From assembly GCA_965261005.1 (NCBI GenBank), contig OZ253375.1, positions 672,001 to 736,000 of the forward strand: a stretch of 64,000 nt of DNA, written 5' to 3'. The DNA comes from Deinococcus sp. (GTDB taxonomy: Bacteria > Deinococcota > Deinococci > Deinococcales > Deinococcaceae). Positions within the stretch are counted from its first letter, which is position 1; every line of letters starts with the position of its first letter. Position numbers and translations under genes: made by a program. This document shows positions 20,509 through 35,370 of this stretch, in pieces. Below the pieces are notes generated by a model. It worked only from the letters and a program-made list of their open reading frames with translations. It ran no database searches and was not told the DNA's origin.

Positions 20509-21453
20509 GTGTCCCTCACCTTTACGGCTCAGGACGGCCGCCTCGACGCCGTCCTGAGCGAACTGAGCGGGGTGAGCCGCGCGCAGGTGGCCCAGTGGAT
20601 CGCGGCGGGCCAAGTGCGCGTGAATGGAGAGACCGCCGCCAAGCCCGGCCAGCGGCTGCGCGGCGGCGAGCGGCTGGAGGCGGACCCGCCCCCGGACAGA
20701 CCCAGCCACGTGGCGCCCGAACGGCTGCCCCTCGACGTGCTCTACGAGGACGACCACCTGATCGCCCTCAACAAGGCCCCCGGCATGGTCACCCACCCCG
20801 CCGGCCCCCTCGTCAGCGGCACGCTGGTGAACGCCTTGCTGGGCCGCCTGAATTTGCCCGAGCAGGACGGCGCGCGGGGACCGGACGGCTATCGGCCGGG
20901 CATCGTTCACCGGCTCGACAAGGAGACCAGCGGCGTCATCGTGGTAGCGAAGACCGTGGCGGCCCACGCGAGGCTGGCCGCCGCCTTCAAGGCGCGCGAG
21001 GTGCAGAAAACCTATCTGGCCGTCGCCGCGGGGCGTTGGGCGGCCGAACAGCCCGTGCTGCTCGACGCCCCCATCGGCCGTCACCCCAGCGCCCGCCAGC
21101 GCATGACCGTGGGCGGCGCGGCGGCGCGGGAGGCCCAGACCCGCTTCGTGCCGCTGGCGCGCCTGACTTCTGGCGGGCAGACCCTCGCCCTCATGCGCTG
21201 TGAACCGCGCACGGGGCGCACCCACCAGATTCGCGTCCACTCGGCCCACCTCGGCTCCCCCGTGCTGGGCGACGGCGTGTACGGCAAGCCCAGCCCCTTC
21301 ATTTCCCGTCAAGCCCTGCACGCTTGGCAGCTCAGTTTTCCCCACCCGGCAAGCGGCGAGACGCTGCACCTCGCGGCCCCGCCGCCGGGGGACTTGCTCG
21401 CGGCCTGGACCGCGCTGGGCGGCACATTGCCGGAGGAGCTGACCGGTAAATGA
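20509..21453 (+). CDS. rluD: RluA/RluD family 23S rRNA pseudouridine synthase
   Basis: S4 N-terminus RLD..L, NKAPGMVTHP, GIVHRLDKETSG, TGRTHQIRVH. Confidence 0.9.
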   Translation: MSLTFTAQDGRLDAVLSELSGVSRAQVAQWIAAGQVRVNGETAAKPGQRLRGGERLEADPPPDRPSHVAPERLPLDVLYEDDHLIALNKAPGMVTHPAGPLVSGTLVNALLGRLNLPEQDGARGPDGYRPGIVHRLDKETSGVIVVAKTVAAHARLAAAFKAREVQKTYLAVAAGRWAAEQPVLLDAPIGRHPSARQRMTVGGAAAREAQTRFVPLARLTSGGQTLALMRCEPRTGRTHQIRVHSAHLGSPVLGDGVYGKPSPFISRQALHAWQLSFPHPASGETLHLAAPPPGDLLAAWTALGGTLPEELTGK

Positions 21454-21562
21454 GAGCTTCGACCGTTTTGACCTCAAAGTGACCGGCTTAAGATGACCGA
21501 ACTGCCGGAGCATTCGGTTCCGGCCCCGAACTTCCGTTCCTGCTTCCCGAAAGGAGCACCAC

Positions 21563-22192
21563 ATGGCTTACCAACTGCCCCCCCTGCCGTACCCCGAGGA
21601 CGCGCTGGAGCCGCACATCGACGCGGAGACCATGCAGATTCACCACGACAAGCACCACGCGGCCTACGTCAACAACGCCAACGCCGCGCTGGAGGGCCTG
21701 GACGACGACCTTCAAAACATGAGTCCCCAGGACTTGATCCAGAATTTGGAGCGCGTGCCCGAGGCCAAGCGGGGCGCCCTGCGCAACAACGCCGGCGGCC
21801 ACGTCAACCACAGCCTGTTTTGGCAATGGATGGGTCAGGGCCAGGGCGGCCAGCCAGGGGGGGAACTCGCCCAAGCGATTGAGCGCGACTTCGGCTCCTT
21901 CGACGCCTTCAAGCAGCAGTTCACCCAGGCGGCCACCACCCGCTTCGGCTCGGGCTGGGCTTGGCTGGTCGTGCAGGGCGGCAAGCTGGCCATCGTGTCC
22001 ACCCCCAACCAGGACAATCCCCTGATGGGCGAGGCCGTCGCGGGCGTGGGCGGCACGCCGATTCTGGGCCTGGACGTGTGGGAGCACTCCTACTACCTCA
22101 AGTACCAAAACAAGCGCCCCGACTACATCGCCGCCTTTTGGAACGTCGTCAATTGGGACAAGGTGAGCGAGCTGTACGGGCAGGCCAAGTAA
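21563..22192 (+). CDS. sodA: Superoxide dismutase [Mn]
   Basis: [35 protein letters not shown]. Confidence 0.96.
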   Translation: MAYQLPPLPYPEDALEPHIDAETMQIHHDKHHAAYVNNANAALEGLDDDLQNMSPQDLIQNLERVPEAKRGALRNNAGGHVNHSLFWQWMGQGQGGQPGGELAQAIERDFGSFDAFKQQFTQAATTRFGSGWAWLVVQGGKLAIVSTPNQDNPLMGEAVAGVGGTPILGLDVWEHSYYLKYQNKRPDYIAAFWNVVNWDKVSELYGQAK

Positions 22193-22206
22193 ACGAGGTT
22201 TTTGTG

Positions 22207-22242
22207 GGCGGGCAGGGGTCGAAGAGACTTCCTGCCCGCCTT
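22207..22242 (+). terminator. Hairpin after sodA
   Basis: GGCGGGCAGG...CCTGCCCGCC stem; weak U tail. Confidence 0.5.
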
Positions 22243-22294
22243 CACCTTGGGTGTTAAGCTGAGCGCGGATTTCCAACACCACAGAGGGGTCAGC

Positions 22295-23016
<722 letters not shown>

Positions 23017-23020
<4 letters not shown>

Positions 23021-23295
23021 ACTACCAAGTCCGCGTCTTCGTCTCCCTGCGGCCCAGCATTCTCGATCCGCAGGGGCGCACCATCGAGCGCGCGCTCTCG
23101 CACCTGGGCTACGAGGGCGTGTCGGGCGTGCGGGTCGGCAAATTGATCGAAATAGTGATGACCGGCGAGCGCGCCGAGGTGGAGGCGCGGGCCGCCGAAT
23201 TGGCGCGCACGGTGCTGTCGAACCCGGTGATGGAGACGGCGCGCGTCGAGGTCGAGGCGCTGGAGACCGAGAACTTGGCGGAGGCCGGCGCGTGA
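23017..23295 (+). CDS. purS: FGAM synthase subunit PurS
   Basis: ILDPQG...VRVGK...LSNPVME; ATGA overlap with purC. Confidence 0.95.
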
Positions 23296-23957
23296 GCGAG
23301 GTCGCCGTGGTACAGTTCCCCGGCTCCAACTGCGACGCCGACGCCGTGAACGCCGTGGAGGTGTTGGGCGGTAAGGCGCGGCTGGTGTGGCACGTGGAAA
23401 GGGAGCTGGGCCGGCCCGACGCGGTCATCCTGCCGGGGGGGTTTTCCTACGGGGACCATCTCCGCAGCGGCGCCATCGCGGCCAGAAGTCCCATCATGGA
23501 CGGCGTGAAGGCGTTCGCGGCGCGCGGCGGGCCGGTGCTGGGCATCTGCAACGGCTTCCAAACCCTCTGCGAGGCGGGCCTGTTGCCGGGGGCGCTGGCG
23601 CGCAACGAGGGGCTGCACTTCATCTGCCGCGTGGCCGACTTGCAGGTGGTGAACGCGGTTAGCCCCTTCACGGCCCTGTACGGGGAGGGGCAGCTGCTGC
23701 GCGTCCCTGTCGCCCACGGCGAAGGGCGCTACTACGCCGACGCCGAGACGCTGGCCCGCCTGGAGGGTGAGAACCGGGTGGCCTTTCGCTACGTCGGCAA
23801 CCCCAACGGCAGCCTCAACGACATCGCGGGCATCCTCAGCGAGCGGGGCAACGTCCTGGGCATGATGCCGCACCCCGAGCGGGTGGTGGAGCAGGTTCTC
23901 GGCGGCGAGGACGGGCGCGGCATCTTCGAGGCGCTGCTGGGCATGGTGCCGGCGTGA
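23292..23957 (+). CDS. purQ: FGAM synthase glutaminase subunit PurQ
   Basis: [29 protein letters not shown]. Confidence 0.97.
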   Translation: MSEVAVVQFPGSNCDADAVNAVEVLGGKARLVWHVERELGRPDAVILPGGFSYGDHLRSGAIAARSPIMDGVKAFAARGGPVLGICNGFQTLCEAGLLPGALARNEGLHFICRVADLQVVNAVSPFTALYGEGQLLRVPVAHGEGRYYADAETLARLEGENRVAFRYVGNPNGSLNDIAGILSERGNVLGMMPHPERVVEQVLGGEDGRGIFEALLGMVPA

Positions 23958-24439
23958 GCGGTGTTGGTATGAATGGTGCCGGCGTGAGCGATCTCATCAC
24001 CTTTCTGAACGAGCAGTACGCCGCCGAGCTGGCCGCCTTTCGCGCCGCGCTGGACGCCGTGCCGGAGGAGCGCTTCGCGCAAGCCAGCCCGGGGCACAGC
24101 CCCGCTTGGCAGGCGCTGCACGTCGCGGAGTGGCTGCGCCTGGGCGTGCTGGGCGACCGCTCGGCTACCTACGGCCACCTCGGTTGGGAGGACCAAGCTT
24201 GGGCGCAGGAATTGCGTGTGAACCCCGCTATCGGTGAGGACGCCGGAAAAGGGGCGGTGCTGGCGCACCTGGACGGCGTTTCCCAGCGAGTCCTGACCTT
24301 TGTGCAACATCTAACTGCCGCCGACCTCGCGGGAAAGAGCTTCTCCCCCAGCGCCCCCAACGGCGAGCGCCCGCGCCTTCAGGGGTTGGGGCTGCACCTG
24401 CGGCACGTCGCGTACCACCGGGGCCAAGCCAAGCTATAA
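23954..24439 (+). CDS. DinB family protein
   Basis: [10 protein letters not shown] and HVAYHRGQ His motifs; start could be the second GTG at 23984. Confidence 0.75.
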   Translation: MSGVGMNGAGVSDLITFLNEQYAAELAAFRAALDAVPEERFAQASPGHSPAWQALHVAEWLRLGVLGDRSATYGHLGWEDQAWAQELRVNPAIGEDAGKGAVLAHLDGVSQRVLTFVQHLTAADLAGKSFSPSAPNGERPRLQGLGLHLRHVAYHRGQAKL

Positions 24440-24467
24440 ACTTCTACAAGTATGCTAAGTTGACAGC

Positions 24468-24857
24468 ATGACCTTGCGCTTTAACCTCGGCAGCTACTTG
24501 CAAAGCCACCAGATCAGCGCCTACCGCTTGGTGGGTGAGGTGAAGGGGCGGGTGGCGCCCAACACCATTTACAGCCTGGCGCGCCGGCCCGCCCAGCGCA
24601 TCGACCTCAATACCGTCGGCGAGGTGCTGCGCGCCCTGGAGCGGTTGACGGGCGAGAAGGTGGCGATCACCGAGATGCTGGAGGAGCCGGAGGAGATAGA
24701 CCTCTCGCACCTGCGCCTACCCGCCGGAACACCTGCCTTTGATCCGAAGTTGCCCAAAAAGTTCCGCTACAGCGGGGCGGGGCGAGCCGTCAAGATTGAG
24801 GGTTCACCTTCCATCACGGAAATTGTGTCCGAGGGAAGGGAAAGGAACTTACCCTGA
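24468..24857 (+). CDS. Antitoxin with Cro/C1-type HTH and VapB-like C-terminus
   Basis: ISAYRL...NTIYSLA..RIDLNTV HTH pattern; C-terminal SITEIVSEGR; directly upstream of a PIN toxin. Confidence 0.65.
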   Translation: MTLRFNLGSYLQSHQISAYRLVGEVKGRVAPNTIYSLARRPAQRIDLNTVGEVLRALERLTGEKVAITEMLEEPEEIDLSHLRLPAGTPAFDPKLPKKFRYSGAGRAVKIEGSPSITEIVSEGRERNLP

Positions 24858-24862
24858 GCGTT

Positions 24863-25285
24863 TTGTATCTAGATTCGAACGCTCTCGCCAAGCTGTATCT
24901 GGATGAGGACGCCGCCGAGCAGCAGCACGTCTTGGTACTGCTGGAACGGCACGAGCGCATCGCTTCTTGCACCATTGCTTTCGCGGAGGTCAGCGGCGTC
25001 TTTGCCCGCTACTTTCATAAAGGCGTGTTGGATGAAGCAACTTACGCGGACAAGATGCAGAGGTTTTTGAACGACTGGGCGTCGGTGAACGTCATTGATA
25101 TTGTTCCGGCAACTTCCACCTTGGCTGCTCAACTTATGAAAGCCCACTCCGGCTTGCGGGCGATGGACGCCCTTCACCTCGCCTCAGCCCTCGCCCTGCG
25201 CCAATCCGCGCCGGTCAAGCTGTTGACCTTCGATGTGCGACTTCAAGCTGTGGCCCAAGCGCTGATCCCTGAAGCCCTCGCCTGA
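24863..25285 (+). CDS. vapC: VapC / PIN-domain toxin
   Basis: YLDSNALAKLY, AEV, LRAMDALHLASA, TFD. Confidence 0.9.
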   Translation: MYLDSNALAKLYLDEDAAEQQHVLVLLERHERIASCTIAFAEVSGVFARYFHKGVLDEATYADKMQRFLNDWASVNVIDIVPATSTLAAQLMKAHSGLRAMDALHLASALALRQSAPVKLLTFDVRLQAVAQALIPEALA

Positions 25286-25297
25286 AGAGGACCCCCC

Positions 25298-27529
<2,232 letters not shown>

Positions 27530-27795
27530 CAAGGCGCCGACCGCTGAATGAACACGAGTTTCTGATCTATAACAATAGTTTCACTTTACTTCATAAGAAC
27601 TTAAACCGCTTTTCTTGTCAACGGTGGCCTTTCTCACGGCCGCATCACGGCTCTTTTCAAATTTTCGTCTATATAAAAGCATAGGGCGAAGAAAAGTGGT
27701 CACGCCGCTCTTGCGCGCCGGCGCTCGGGTTTTTTGGCGGCTTGCCGTGAACCGGAACGTTCTGCTTTCCTACCCGACCTTTGAAGGAGTTCAGC

Positions 27796-29121
<1,326 letters not shown>

Positions 29122-29132
29122 ATCTTTAGAAA

Positions 29133-29165
29133 GAAAGCGGCGGACATCCGAGTCCGCCGCTTTTC
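29133..29165. terminator. Bidirectional terminator between htrA and glnA
   Basis: AAAGCGGCGGAC-ATCCGA-GTCCGCCGCTTTT. Confidence 0.8.
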
Positions 29166-29176
29166 CTATGCCGTCT

Positions 29177-31333
29177 TTACTTCACGAACAGCATCTGCCT
29201 ATAGGTCGGCAGCGGCCAGTGCTGCTCGCTGACGACCTTTTCCAATTCGTCGGCGGCCTCGCGCACCCTCAGCATGGCGGGCAGCACGGCGGCCTGCATG
29301 TGGTGGGCCTTGTCGTGGACCTCCTCGCCGCCCCCCGCCTCGTTCTGCTCGCGCAACCGTTGCAGGGCGTCGTAGAGGGCGTCGGCCAGGGTCGCGACCT
29401 CACTCGCGGTGGCCTCGGCAGCGCGGCTTTTCACGTTCACGCTGCCCAGGTCCCCCAGGTAGCCCAGCGCGGCGGGCAGGATCATGGTCTGGGCGATGTA
29501 CTCGGTGGTCTCGCCCTCGATGTTGACGGTCTTGAAGTACTGCTCGAACATGATCTCCTGGCGCGCCTTTACCTCGCGCTCGTTGAGGACGTGGTACTTC
29601 TCAAACAGGGCCAAATTCTCGGGGCTGGTGTAGCGCTCGATAGCGTCGAGGGTGGTCCGCAGATTCAGGAGGCCGCGCCCCTCGGCCTCTTGGTGCCACG
29701 CCTGCGAATAGCCGTCGCCGTTGAAGACCACGCGCTTATGGGCGCCGTAGGTCTCCTTGATGACCTCCGCGAGGGCGCCCGCAAGGGGCCGTCCCGCGTC
29801 CAGCTTGGCCTGCAACTGGGCGCTCAGCTGGTCCACCGCGTCGGCCACGATTAGGTTCAGCACCGTGATGGGCATGGAGATGCTCTGCGAGCTGCCCACC
29901 GCCCGGAACTCGAACTTGTTGCCGGTAAAGGCGAAGGGGCTGGTGCGGTTGCGGTCCCCGGCGTGCCGGGGCAGGCGGGGCAGACCCGGCGTGCCGAGGC
30001 CCAGCAGGCCCTTTTCGGTGCCGCGCCCGCCCTGACCACTGGCCAGCCGGTCAAAGATGTCGGTCAGCTCGTCGCCCAGAAAGATCGAGAGAATGGCCGG
30101 CGGGGCCTCGTTGGCGCCCAGACGGTGGTCGTTGCCGGCCGCCGCCACGCTCAGGCGCAGCAGGTCCTGGTGCTGGTCCACCGCCTGAATCACGGCCGAG
30201 CAGAAGAAGAGGAACTGCATGTTTTCGTGCGGGGTGTCGCCCGGTTCCAACAAGTTGTGGCCGGCGTCGGTGCCCACGCTCCAGTTGCAGTGCTTGCCGC
30301 TGCCGTTCACGCCCGCGAAGGGTTTTTCGTGCAGCAGCGCGACCAGGCCGTACTTGCGCGCCGTGCTGCGCAGAATCTGCATGGTCAGCTGCTGGTGGTC
30401 GGCGGCGACGTTGCTGTTTTCAAAAATCGGCGCGATCTCGAACTGGCCGGGGGCGACCTCGTTGTGGCGGGTCTTGACCGGAATGCCCAGCGCGTACATC
30501 TGCTGCTCGGCGTCGGTCATAAAGGAGAGGATGCGGTCCGGAATGGCGCCGAAGTAGTGGTCTTCGAGTTCCTGCCCCCTGGGCGGCGGGGCGCCGAAGA
30601 GGGTACGCCCGGTCATGACCAAATCGGGGCGGCGGTAGTAGTACTCCTCGGCGATCAGGAAGTATTCCTGCTCGGCGCCCAGGGTGGAGCTGACCCGGCG
30701 GGTCTCCATGTCGCCGAAGAGCTTCAGGGCGCTCACGCACGACTGGCTGAGCGCCTCGATGGAGCGCAGCAGCGGCGTCTTCATGTCGAGGGCCTCGCCG
30801 GTCCAGGACGCAAAGGCGGTCGGGATGCACAGGGTCGCGCCGTTGGCGTGGCGCATGATAAAGGCCGGACTGCTGGGGTCCCAGGCAGTGTAACCGCGCG
30901 CCTCGAAGGTGGCGCGCAAACCGCCCGACGGAAAGCTGGAGGCGTCCGGCTCGGCCTGGATCAGCTCACCGCCGCCGAACTGCGCGATGGCGCCGCCGCC
31001 CTCCACCGGGGACACGAAGGAATCGTGCTTCTCAGCGGTCGCGCCCGTCAGCGGTTGAAACCAGTGGGTGTAGTGGGTGGCGCCCTTTTCGAGCGCCCAC
31101 GTCTTCATGGCGAGGGCCACCGTGTCGGCGACCCCTGGGTCCAGCGTCTCGCCGCGCTCCACGGTGGCTTGCAGCGACTTGAACACCGGCTTGCTGAGGC
31201 GCTGGCGCAATTCGTTCGTCGTCAGCACGTCCGAGCCGAACACGTCGGTCAGCACCTCCTCTGGAGACAAAGTCTCCTGATCTTCCAAGCGCCAATTGCG
31301 CGCTGCCAGCAATACGTCCGTGTCCTGGTTCAT
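29177..31333 (-). CDS. glnA: Glutamine synthetase type III
   Basis: [65 protein letters not shown]. Confidence 0.95.
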   Translation of the reverse strand: MNQDTDVLLAARNWRLEDQETLSPEEVLTDVFGSDVLTTNELRQRLSKPVFKSLQATVERGETLDPGVADTVALAMKTWALEKGATHYTHWFQPLTGATAEKHDSFVSPVEGGGAIAQFGGGELIQAEPDASSFPSGGLRATFEARGYTAWDPSSPAFIMRHANGATLCIPTAFASWTGEALDMKTPLLRSIEALSQSCVSALKLFGDMETRRVSSTLGAEQEYFLIAEEYYYRRPDLVMTGRTLFGAPPPRGQELEDHYFGAIPDRILSFMTDAEQQMYALGIPVKTRHNEVAPGQFEIAPIFENSNVAADHQQLTMQILRSTARKYGLVALLHEKPFAGVNGSGKHCNWSVGTDAGHNLLEPGDTPHENMQFLFFCSAVIQAVDQHQDLLRLSVAAAGNDHRLGANEAPPAILSIFLGDELTDIFDRLASGQGGRGTEKGLLGLGTPGLPRLPRHAGDRNRTSPFAFTGNKFEFRAVGSSQSISMPITVLNLIVADAVDQLSAQLQAKLDAGRPLAGALAEVIKETYGAHKRVVFNGDGYSQAWHQEAEGRGLLNLRTTLDAIERYTSPENLALFEKYHVLNEREVKARQEIMFEQYFKTVNIEGETTEYIAQTMILPAALGYLGDLGSVNVKSRAAEATASEVATLADALYDALQRLREQNEAGGGEEVHDKAHHMQAAVLPAMLRVREAADELEKVVSEQHWPLPTYRQMLFVK

Positions 31334-31527
31334 GTTCACCCCGCTGAGGAGAAGGTTTCGCAAGTTGTTCGCGTTTTGGCGCACAGCCCGCAAAGAGAAG
31401 CGGGAGACCAGCTCGCCATAGGACGTTTTTTAGCACAAACTGCGCCAAAGAGGCTACAACGGGGAGAGGAGCTGGCCCAAGTGCCCAACCTGCCGCCCCC
31501 GCCCGGCGAAGAATGGCCCTGATCGCC

Positions 31528-31851
31528 TCAGGAAGCGATCTGCTCCAGACCGCGCTCGCCCAACGTGTTCAAGCTGACGCCCTCGGACTTTGCGTGGGCA
31601 ACCAGCCGTGCGTGCAAGCATGGGTCAATGCGGACGTTGAAGCGACCCGACAAGGGCTTTTCCGGTTCTTCGCCGCGCTCCGCGCAAAACGCGAGGTAGT
31701 CGTCCACGCTGTCACGAAAAGCCTGCTTGAGCTGCGCCACGCTCTCGCCCTGAAAGGTGATCACGTCGCGCGTGTTCACCACGTCGCCGTGAAAAACCTC
31801 GGCTTCGTCGTCATATATGGCCGTACCGACGTACCCTTTGTACTCCATCAT
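31528..31851 (-). CDS. hicB: HicB family antitoxin (orphan)
   Basis: MEYKGY...FHG.V...DVITFQG.SV..L..AF..SVDDYL..C...GEEPEKP.SG.FNVR...LH...GVSLN. Confidence 0.92.
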   Translation of the reverse strand: MMEYKGYVGTAIYDDEAEVFHGDVVNTRDVITFQGESVAQLKQAFRDSVDDYLAFCAERGEEPEKPLSGRFNVRIDPCLHARLVAHAKSEGVSLNTLGERGLEQIAS

Positions 31852-31858
31852 GGCCTCA

Positions 31859-32018
31859 TACGGGATTGCTTTGATTCCAGTCTATGCTGGAAAAACGCCA
31901 ACGTAGATTTCCATCGTCACCATCCCGTACTCTCTTCTACTCGCTCCGCGTCTTGGGCAGAACGGCACCTTCCGGGCCTGCCCGCTCGGATTCGTCTTCG
32001 ACTCATCTTAAGTTCGTA
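31859..32018. mobile_element. 160-bp small repeat (MITE-like), copy A
   Basis: TACG...CGTA ends flanked by TCA/TCA direct repeat; inverted near-identical copy at 34086-34245. Confidence 0.85.
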
Positions 32019-32033
32019 TCACCCCTGCCGCGC

Positions 32034-33401
32034 TCAATCGTCCGCCGCCGCCGCCGCCGCCGCGCCGCGCCCCTGAAGGCGCAGCGCCAGGAACCACGCC
32101 ACGGCAACCAGCGCCGCGCCCAGCCAAAAGGCGCGCCCCAGGCCGTCCGCGAGCAAGGTGCCCCCTTCCGACACGCCGCGCCCGATGAGGAGGCCCATCA
32201 GCGCCACGCCGACGGCGCCGCCCAGGGTGCGCGAAAACAGGATGGCCGAGGTGACGGCGCCGAGTTCCCCCTTGGGGGTTGCCCCCTGCACCGCGATCAA
32301 CAAACTGAACATGGCGAAGCCCATGCCGCTGCCCGCGAAAAAGCCGCTGGCGGCCATGTACGGCAGCGGCGCGTGGACCAAGAGCGCGAAGGCGACAAAG
32401 GCGAGCAGCAGCAGCGTGAAGCCCAGCACGACCAGGCGGGTCAGGCCAAAACGGACCATCACGCGGGCGGCCAGCACGCTGCTGGCGGTCCAGCCGACCA
32501 GCATGGGGGTCAGCAGCACGCCCGCCTCGGTGGCCCCCCGGCCGGTCACGCCCTGGGCGTACAGCGGCAGGTAGGCGACGCTGCCGAAGTAAGCCGCGCC
32601 CGCCAACACGTTGCACAAGACGCCCACGCGCGGCAGGGCCTCGCGCAAGCTGGCGACCGGCAGCAGCGGCGAGGGGTGGCGCCGCTCGACGGGCACGGCC
32701 GCGAGCAGCAGGGCCACGCCGAGGGCGACCTCCAGCCAGGCCCGCACCTCCAGGCCCCAGATGAGCAGGCCGCTGCCCGCCGTGAACAGCAGCGCGCCCA
32801 GCCAGTCAATCCGCGCGCCCCGGCGCTCAGGCTGTTCGTGCAGGTGGCGCCACACCAGGTACGCCGCGATCAGGCCGAAAGGGAGGTTCAGGTAAAAGAC
32901 CCAGCGCCAGGTGGTGTGGTCGGCGATCAGGCCGCCCACCAGGGGGCCGACCAGGCCGGACAACCCCCACGCCCCGCTGATAAAGCCCTGCACCCGCGCC
33001 CGCGCCTCTAGGGTAAACATCTCGCCGATCAGGGTGAAGGTGAGCGGCTGCACCGCCCCAGCGCCGAGGCCCTGCAACGCGCGGGCCGCGATCAGCCAGG
33101 TCATGCTCTGCGAGGCGCCCGACAGGCCCGAGCCGACCAGGAAGATCGCCACGCCCCACAGGTAGAGCTGCTTGCGCCCGAACAGATCCGAGGCGCGGCC
33201 CCATAGGGGACTCGACACCGTGCTGGTCAGCAGGTAGACCGCGAACGGCAAGGCGTACAGCTTTGCCCCGCCCAGATCGCGGATCACGCTGGGCATGGCG
33301 GTGGCGACCACGGTGCTTTCCAGCGCGGCCAGAAAGATGCCCAGGATCAGGCCCAAGGTGGCCAGTCTCTTGGCAGGCGGCAAGTCGGCGAAGACGTTCA
33401 T
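32034..33401 (-). CDS. MFS drug:H+ antiporter (DHA2/MDR-like)
   Basis: [42 protein letters not shown]. Confidence 0.9.
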   Translation of the reverse strand: MNVFADLPPAKRLATLGLILGIFLAALESTVVATAMPSVIRDLGGAKLYALPFAVYLLTSTVSSPLWGRASDLFGRKQLYLWGVAIFLVGSGLSGASQSMTWLIAARALQGLGAGAVQPLTFTLIGEMFTLEARARVQGFISGAWGLSGLVGPLVGGLIADHTTWRWVFYLNLPFGLIAAYLVWRHLHEQPERRGARIDWLGALLFTAGSGLLIWGLEVRAWLEVALGVALLLAAVPVERRHPSPLLPVASLREALPRVGVLCNVLAGAAYFGSVAYLPLYAQGVTGRGATEAGVLLTPMLVGWTASSVLAARVMVRFGLTRLVVLGFTLLLLAFVAFALLVHAPLPYMAASGFFAGSGMGFAMFSLLIAVQGATPKGELGAVTSAILFSRTLGGAVGVALMGLLIGRGVSEGGTLLADGLGRAFWLGAALVAVAWFLALRLQGRGAAAAAAADD

Positions 33402-33447
33402 CGCGCGCCACTATACGCGCGCCTTGCCGGAAAGTCGGTCGCCGGCG

Positions 33448-34050
33448 TCAGTCTGCTTGCCCCAGCGCCCCGATACCCAGCGCCCCGATGCCCAACGCCC
33501 CGATGGCCTCGCCGATGCGCGCGGTCAATTCGCGCACGCTTCCCTGTGGGGGGATGGGGGTCCCGAAGCGCACCGTCCAGGCGCGCCCAAAACGCGCAAT
33601 GTGCACTGGCAGCACCGGGGCCTGCGCCTTCAGGGCGATCAGGGCCGCCCCGTCTTGCAGCGTGGCGCCGCCGCGCGTGCCCTGCGGAAAGATGCCCAGC
33701 ACGCCCTCCGCTTGCAGGATGCGCAGGGCGGTGCGAATGGCGCCCACGTCGTTCCTCGTGCGGTCCACCGGAAAACTGCCGCCGGCCAGAATCAGGTAGG
33801 CGTACAGCGGGTTGGCGAACAGCTCCTTTTTGGTCATGAACTGCACCCGCCGCCCTTTCGGCAGGGCGCGCGCCATCACGAAGGGGTCGAGGTTGGTGGC
33901 GTGGTTCCCGGCCAGAATCAGGCGCCCGGACGGGAAAATATTGCCGCGCCCCTCCACCTTGAGGCGCCCGCCGAACCACAGCGGCACGCCGGTCACGAAG
34001 ATCACGAAGCGGTAGACCCACGGGTTGATGGGCGGCGCGAGGCTGGTCAC
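33448..34050 (-). CDS. plsC: 1-acyl-sn-glycerol-3-phosphate acyltransferase
   Basis: NHATNLD (HX4D), [14 protein letters not shown]. Confidence 0.88.
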   Translation of the reverse strand: MTSLAPPINPWVYRFVIFVTGVPLWFGGRLKVEGRGNIFPSGRLILAGNHATNLDPFVMARALPKGRRVQFMTKKELFANPLYAYLILAGGSFPVDRTRNDVGAIRTALRILQAEGVLGIFPQGTRGGATLQDGAALIALKAQAPVLPVHIARFGRAWTVRFGTPIPPQGSVRELTARIGEAIGALGIGALGIGALGQAD

Positions 34051-34085
34051 GCCCCACAGTATGCCAAGACGGCGGGAGGCCGTAA

Positions 34086-34245
34086 TACGAACTTAAGATG
34101 AGTCGAAGACGAATCCGAGCGGGCAGGCCCGAAAGGTGCCGTTCTGCCCAAGACGCGGAGCGAGTACAAGAGAATACGGGATGGCGACGATGGAAACCTA
34201 TGTTGGTGCTTTTCCAACATAGGTTGGAATCAAAGCAATCCCGTA
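34086..34245. mobile_element. 160-bp small repeat (MITE-like), copy B
   Basis: TACG...CGTA ends flanked by TAA/TAA; about 11 differences from the reverse complement of copy A by manual alignment. Confidence 0.85.
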
Positions 34246-34357
34246 TAAGCGTTCTCGCTTAGCCGCGCTAAGCCGCCGCCTACGCGCGACCTAGCGCGTT
34301 TAACGCATGTGCCGCACGGGCCTGCGGCGGACAATCGGGGCAGGAAGGAGCGCCACC

Positions 34358-34534
34358 ATGCACGACCTGAACGACAAAGCCCAAGCCCGCCTGAACCAGC
34401 AGCGCATCGAGGCCCTGCGCGCCGAGGCCGACACCCGGCGTCTGCTCAAGCAGCTGCAACAGGGGCCGCGCCCCTCGCTGCTGGCCCGCTTGCTGGGCAA
34501 GCGCAAGCCTGCCACCGAGCCAGCCCGGGCCTGA
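34358..34534 (+). CDS. Small hypothetical protein
   Basis: GGAAGGAG RBS; MHDLNDKAQARLNQQRIEALRAEADTRRLL. Confidence 0.55.
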   Translation: MHDLNDKAQARLNQQRIEALRAEADTRRLLKQLQQGPRPSLLARLLGKRKPATEPARA

Positions 34535-34577
34535 CCCACCTCTCCAAGTGCCTTATTTTTTGCCCCACAATGGGGGC

Positions 34578-35333
34578 ATGATTGACCTCAGCGGCAAGGT
34601 GGTCTTGGTCACGGGCGGCTCGCGCGGCATTGGGGCGGCCATCGCCCGCGAACTGGCGGGGGCGGGGGCGCGGGTGGTGGTGCACTACGGGCGCGGACGG
34701 GAGCTGGCAGAAGCGCTGGTCGGGGAGCTGGGCGCGGAGCGGGCGCACGCCGTCGGAGGCGACCTGCTGCAACCGGACGCGGCGGGCGAACTGTTCGGAA
34801 GGGCTTTGGCGTGGCGCGGTCAACTCGACGTGGTGGTCAACAACGCCGGCATCGCCCCGACCGCCAGCGTGGAGGACTCCCCCGAGGTCTGGGCGGCGGC
34901 GTGGCGCGACACCTTGCAGGTCAACCTGGTGGCGCTGGCGGATCTGTGCCGCGAGGCAATTGTTCACTTTCGCGCGGTGGGCGGCGGCACCATCGTGAAC
35001 GTCGCCAGCCGGGCGGCCTTTCGCGGCGACAATCCCGACGCCATGCACTACGCCGCCTCCAAGGGAGGCGTGATCGCCCTGACCCGCTCCATCGCACGCG
35101 GTTACGCCCGTGAGAACATCCTGGCCTACGCCGTTGCCCCTGGCTGGGTCCGCACCGAGATGGCGGAGGGCTACTTGCGGGAGCACGCCGCCGACATCGC
35201 CCGCGACATCCCCCTGGGCGACGTGGTCCCCCCCGAGGAGGTGGGCCGGGTGGTCGCCTTTCTGGCCTCGGGCCTGGCACGGCATATGACCGGCGCGACC
35301 CTGGACGTGAACGGGGCGTCCTACGTGCGCTGA
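34578..35333 (+). CDS. Short-chain dehydrogenase/reductase
   Basis: TGGSRGIG, NNAG, YAASK. Confidence 0.92.
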   Translation: MIDLSGKVVLVTGGSRGIGAAIARELAGAGARVVVHYGRGRELAEALVGELGAERAHAVGGDLLQPDAAGELFGRALAWRGQLDVVVNNAGIAPTASVEDSPEVWAAAWRDTLQVNLVALADLCREAIVHFRAVGGGTIVNVASRAAFRGDNPDAMHYAASKGGVIALTRSIARGYARENILAYAVAPGWVRTEMAEGYLREHAADIARDIPLGDVVPPEEVGRVVAFLASGLARHMTGATLDVNGASYVR

Positions 35334-35340
35334 GTTGTGC

Positions 35341-35366
35341 TCCCTCCCCACTTGCGGGGGAGGGGG
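35341..35366. repeat. GC-rich palindrome (REP-like or terminator) between convergent genes
   Basis: CCCTCCCCACTTGCGGGGGAGGG imperfect hairpin. Confidence 0.4.
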
Positions 35367-35370
35367 TCTC

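Noticed and set aside
32042..32066. (GCC)n run at the MFS 3' end as a phase-variation tract
   Set aside because: Trinucleotide unit encoding a terminal poly-Ala; slippage would not shift frame
31859..34245. Composite transposon of MFS + plsC bounded by the inverted 160-bp repeats
   Set aside because: Each copy has its own, different target duplication (TCA vs TAA), indicating independent insertions; enclosed genes look native
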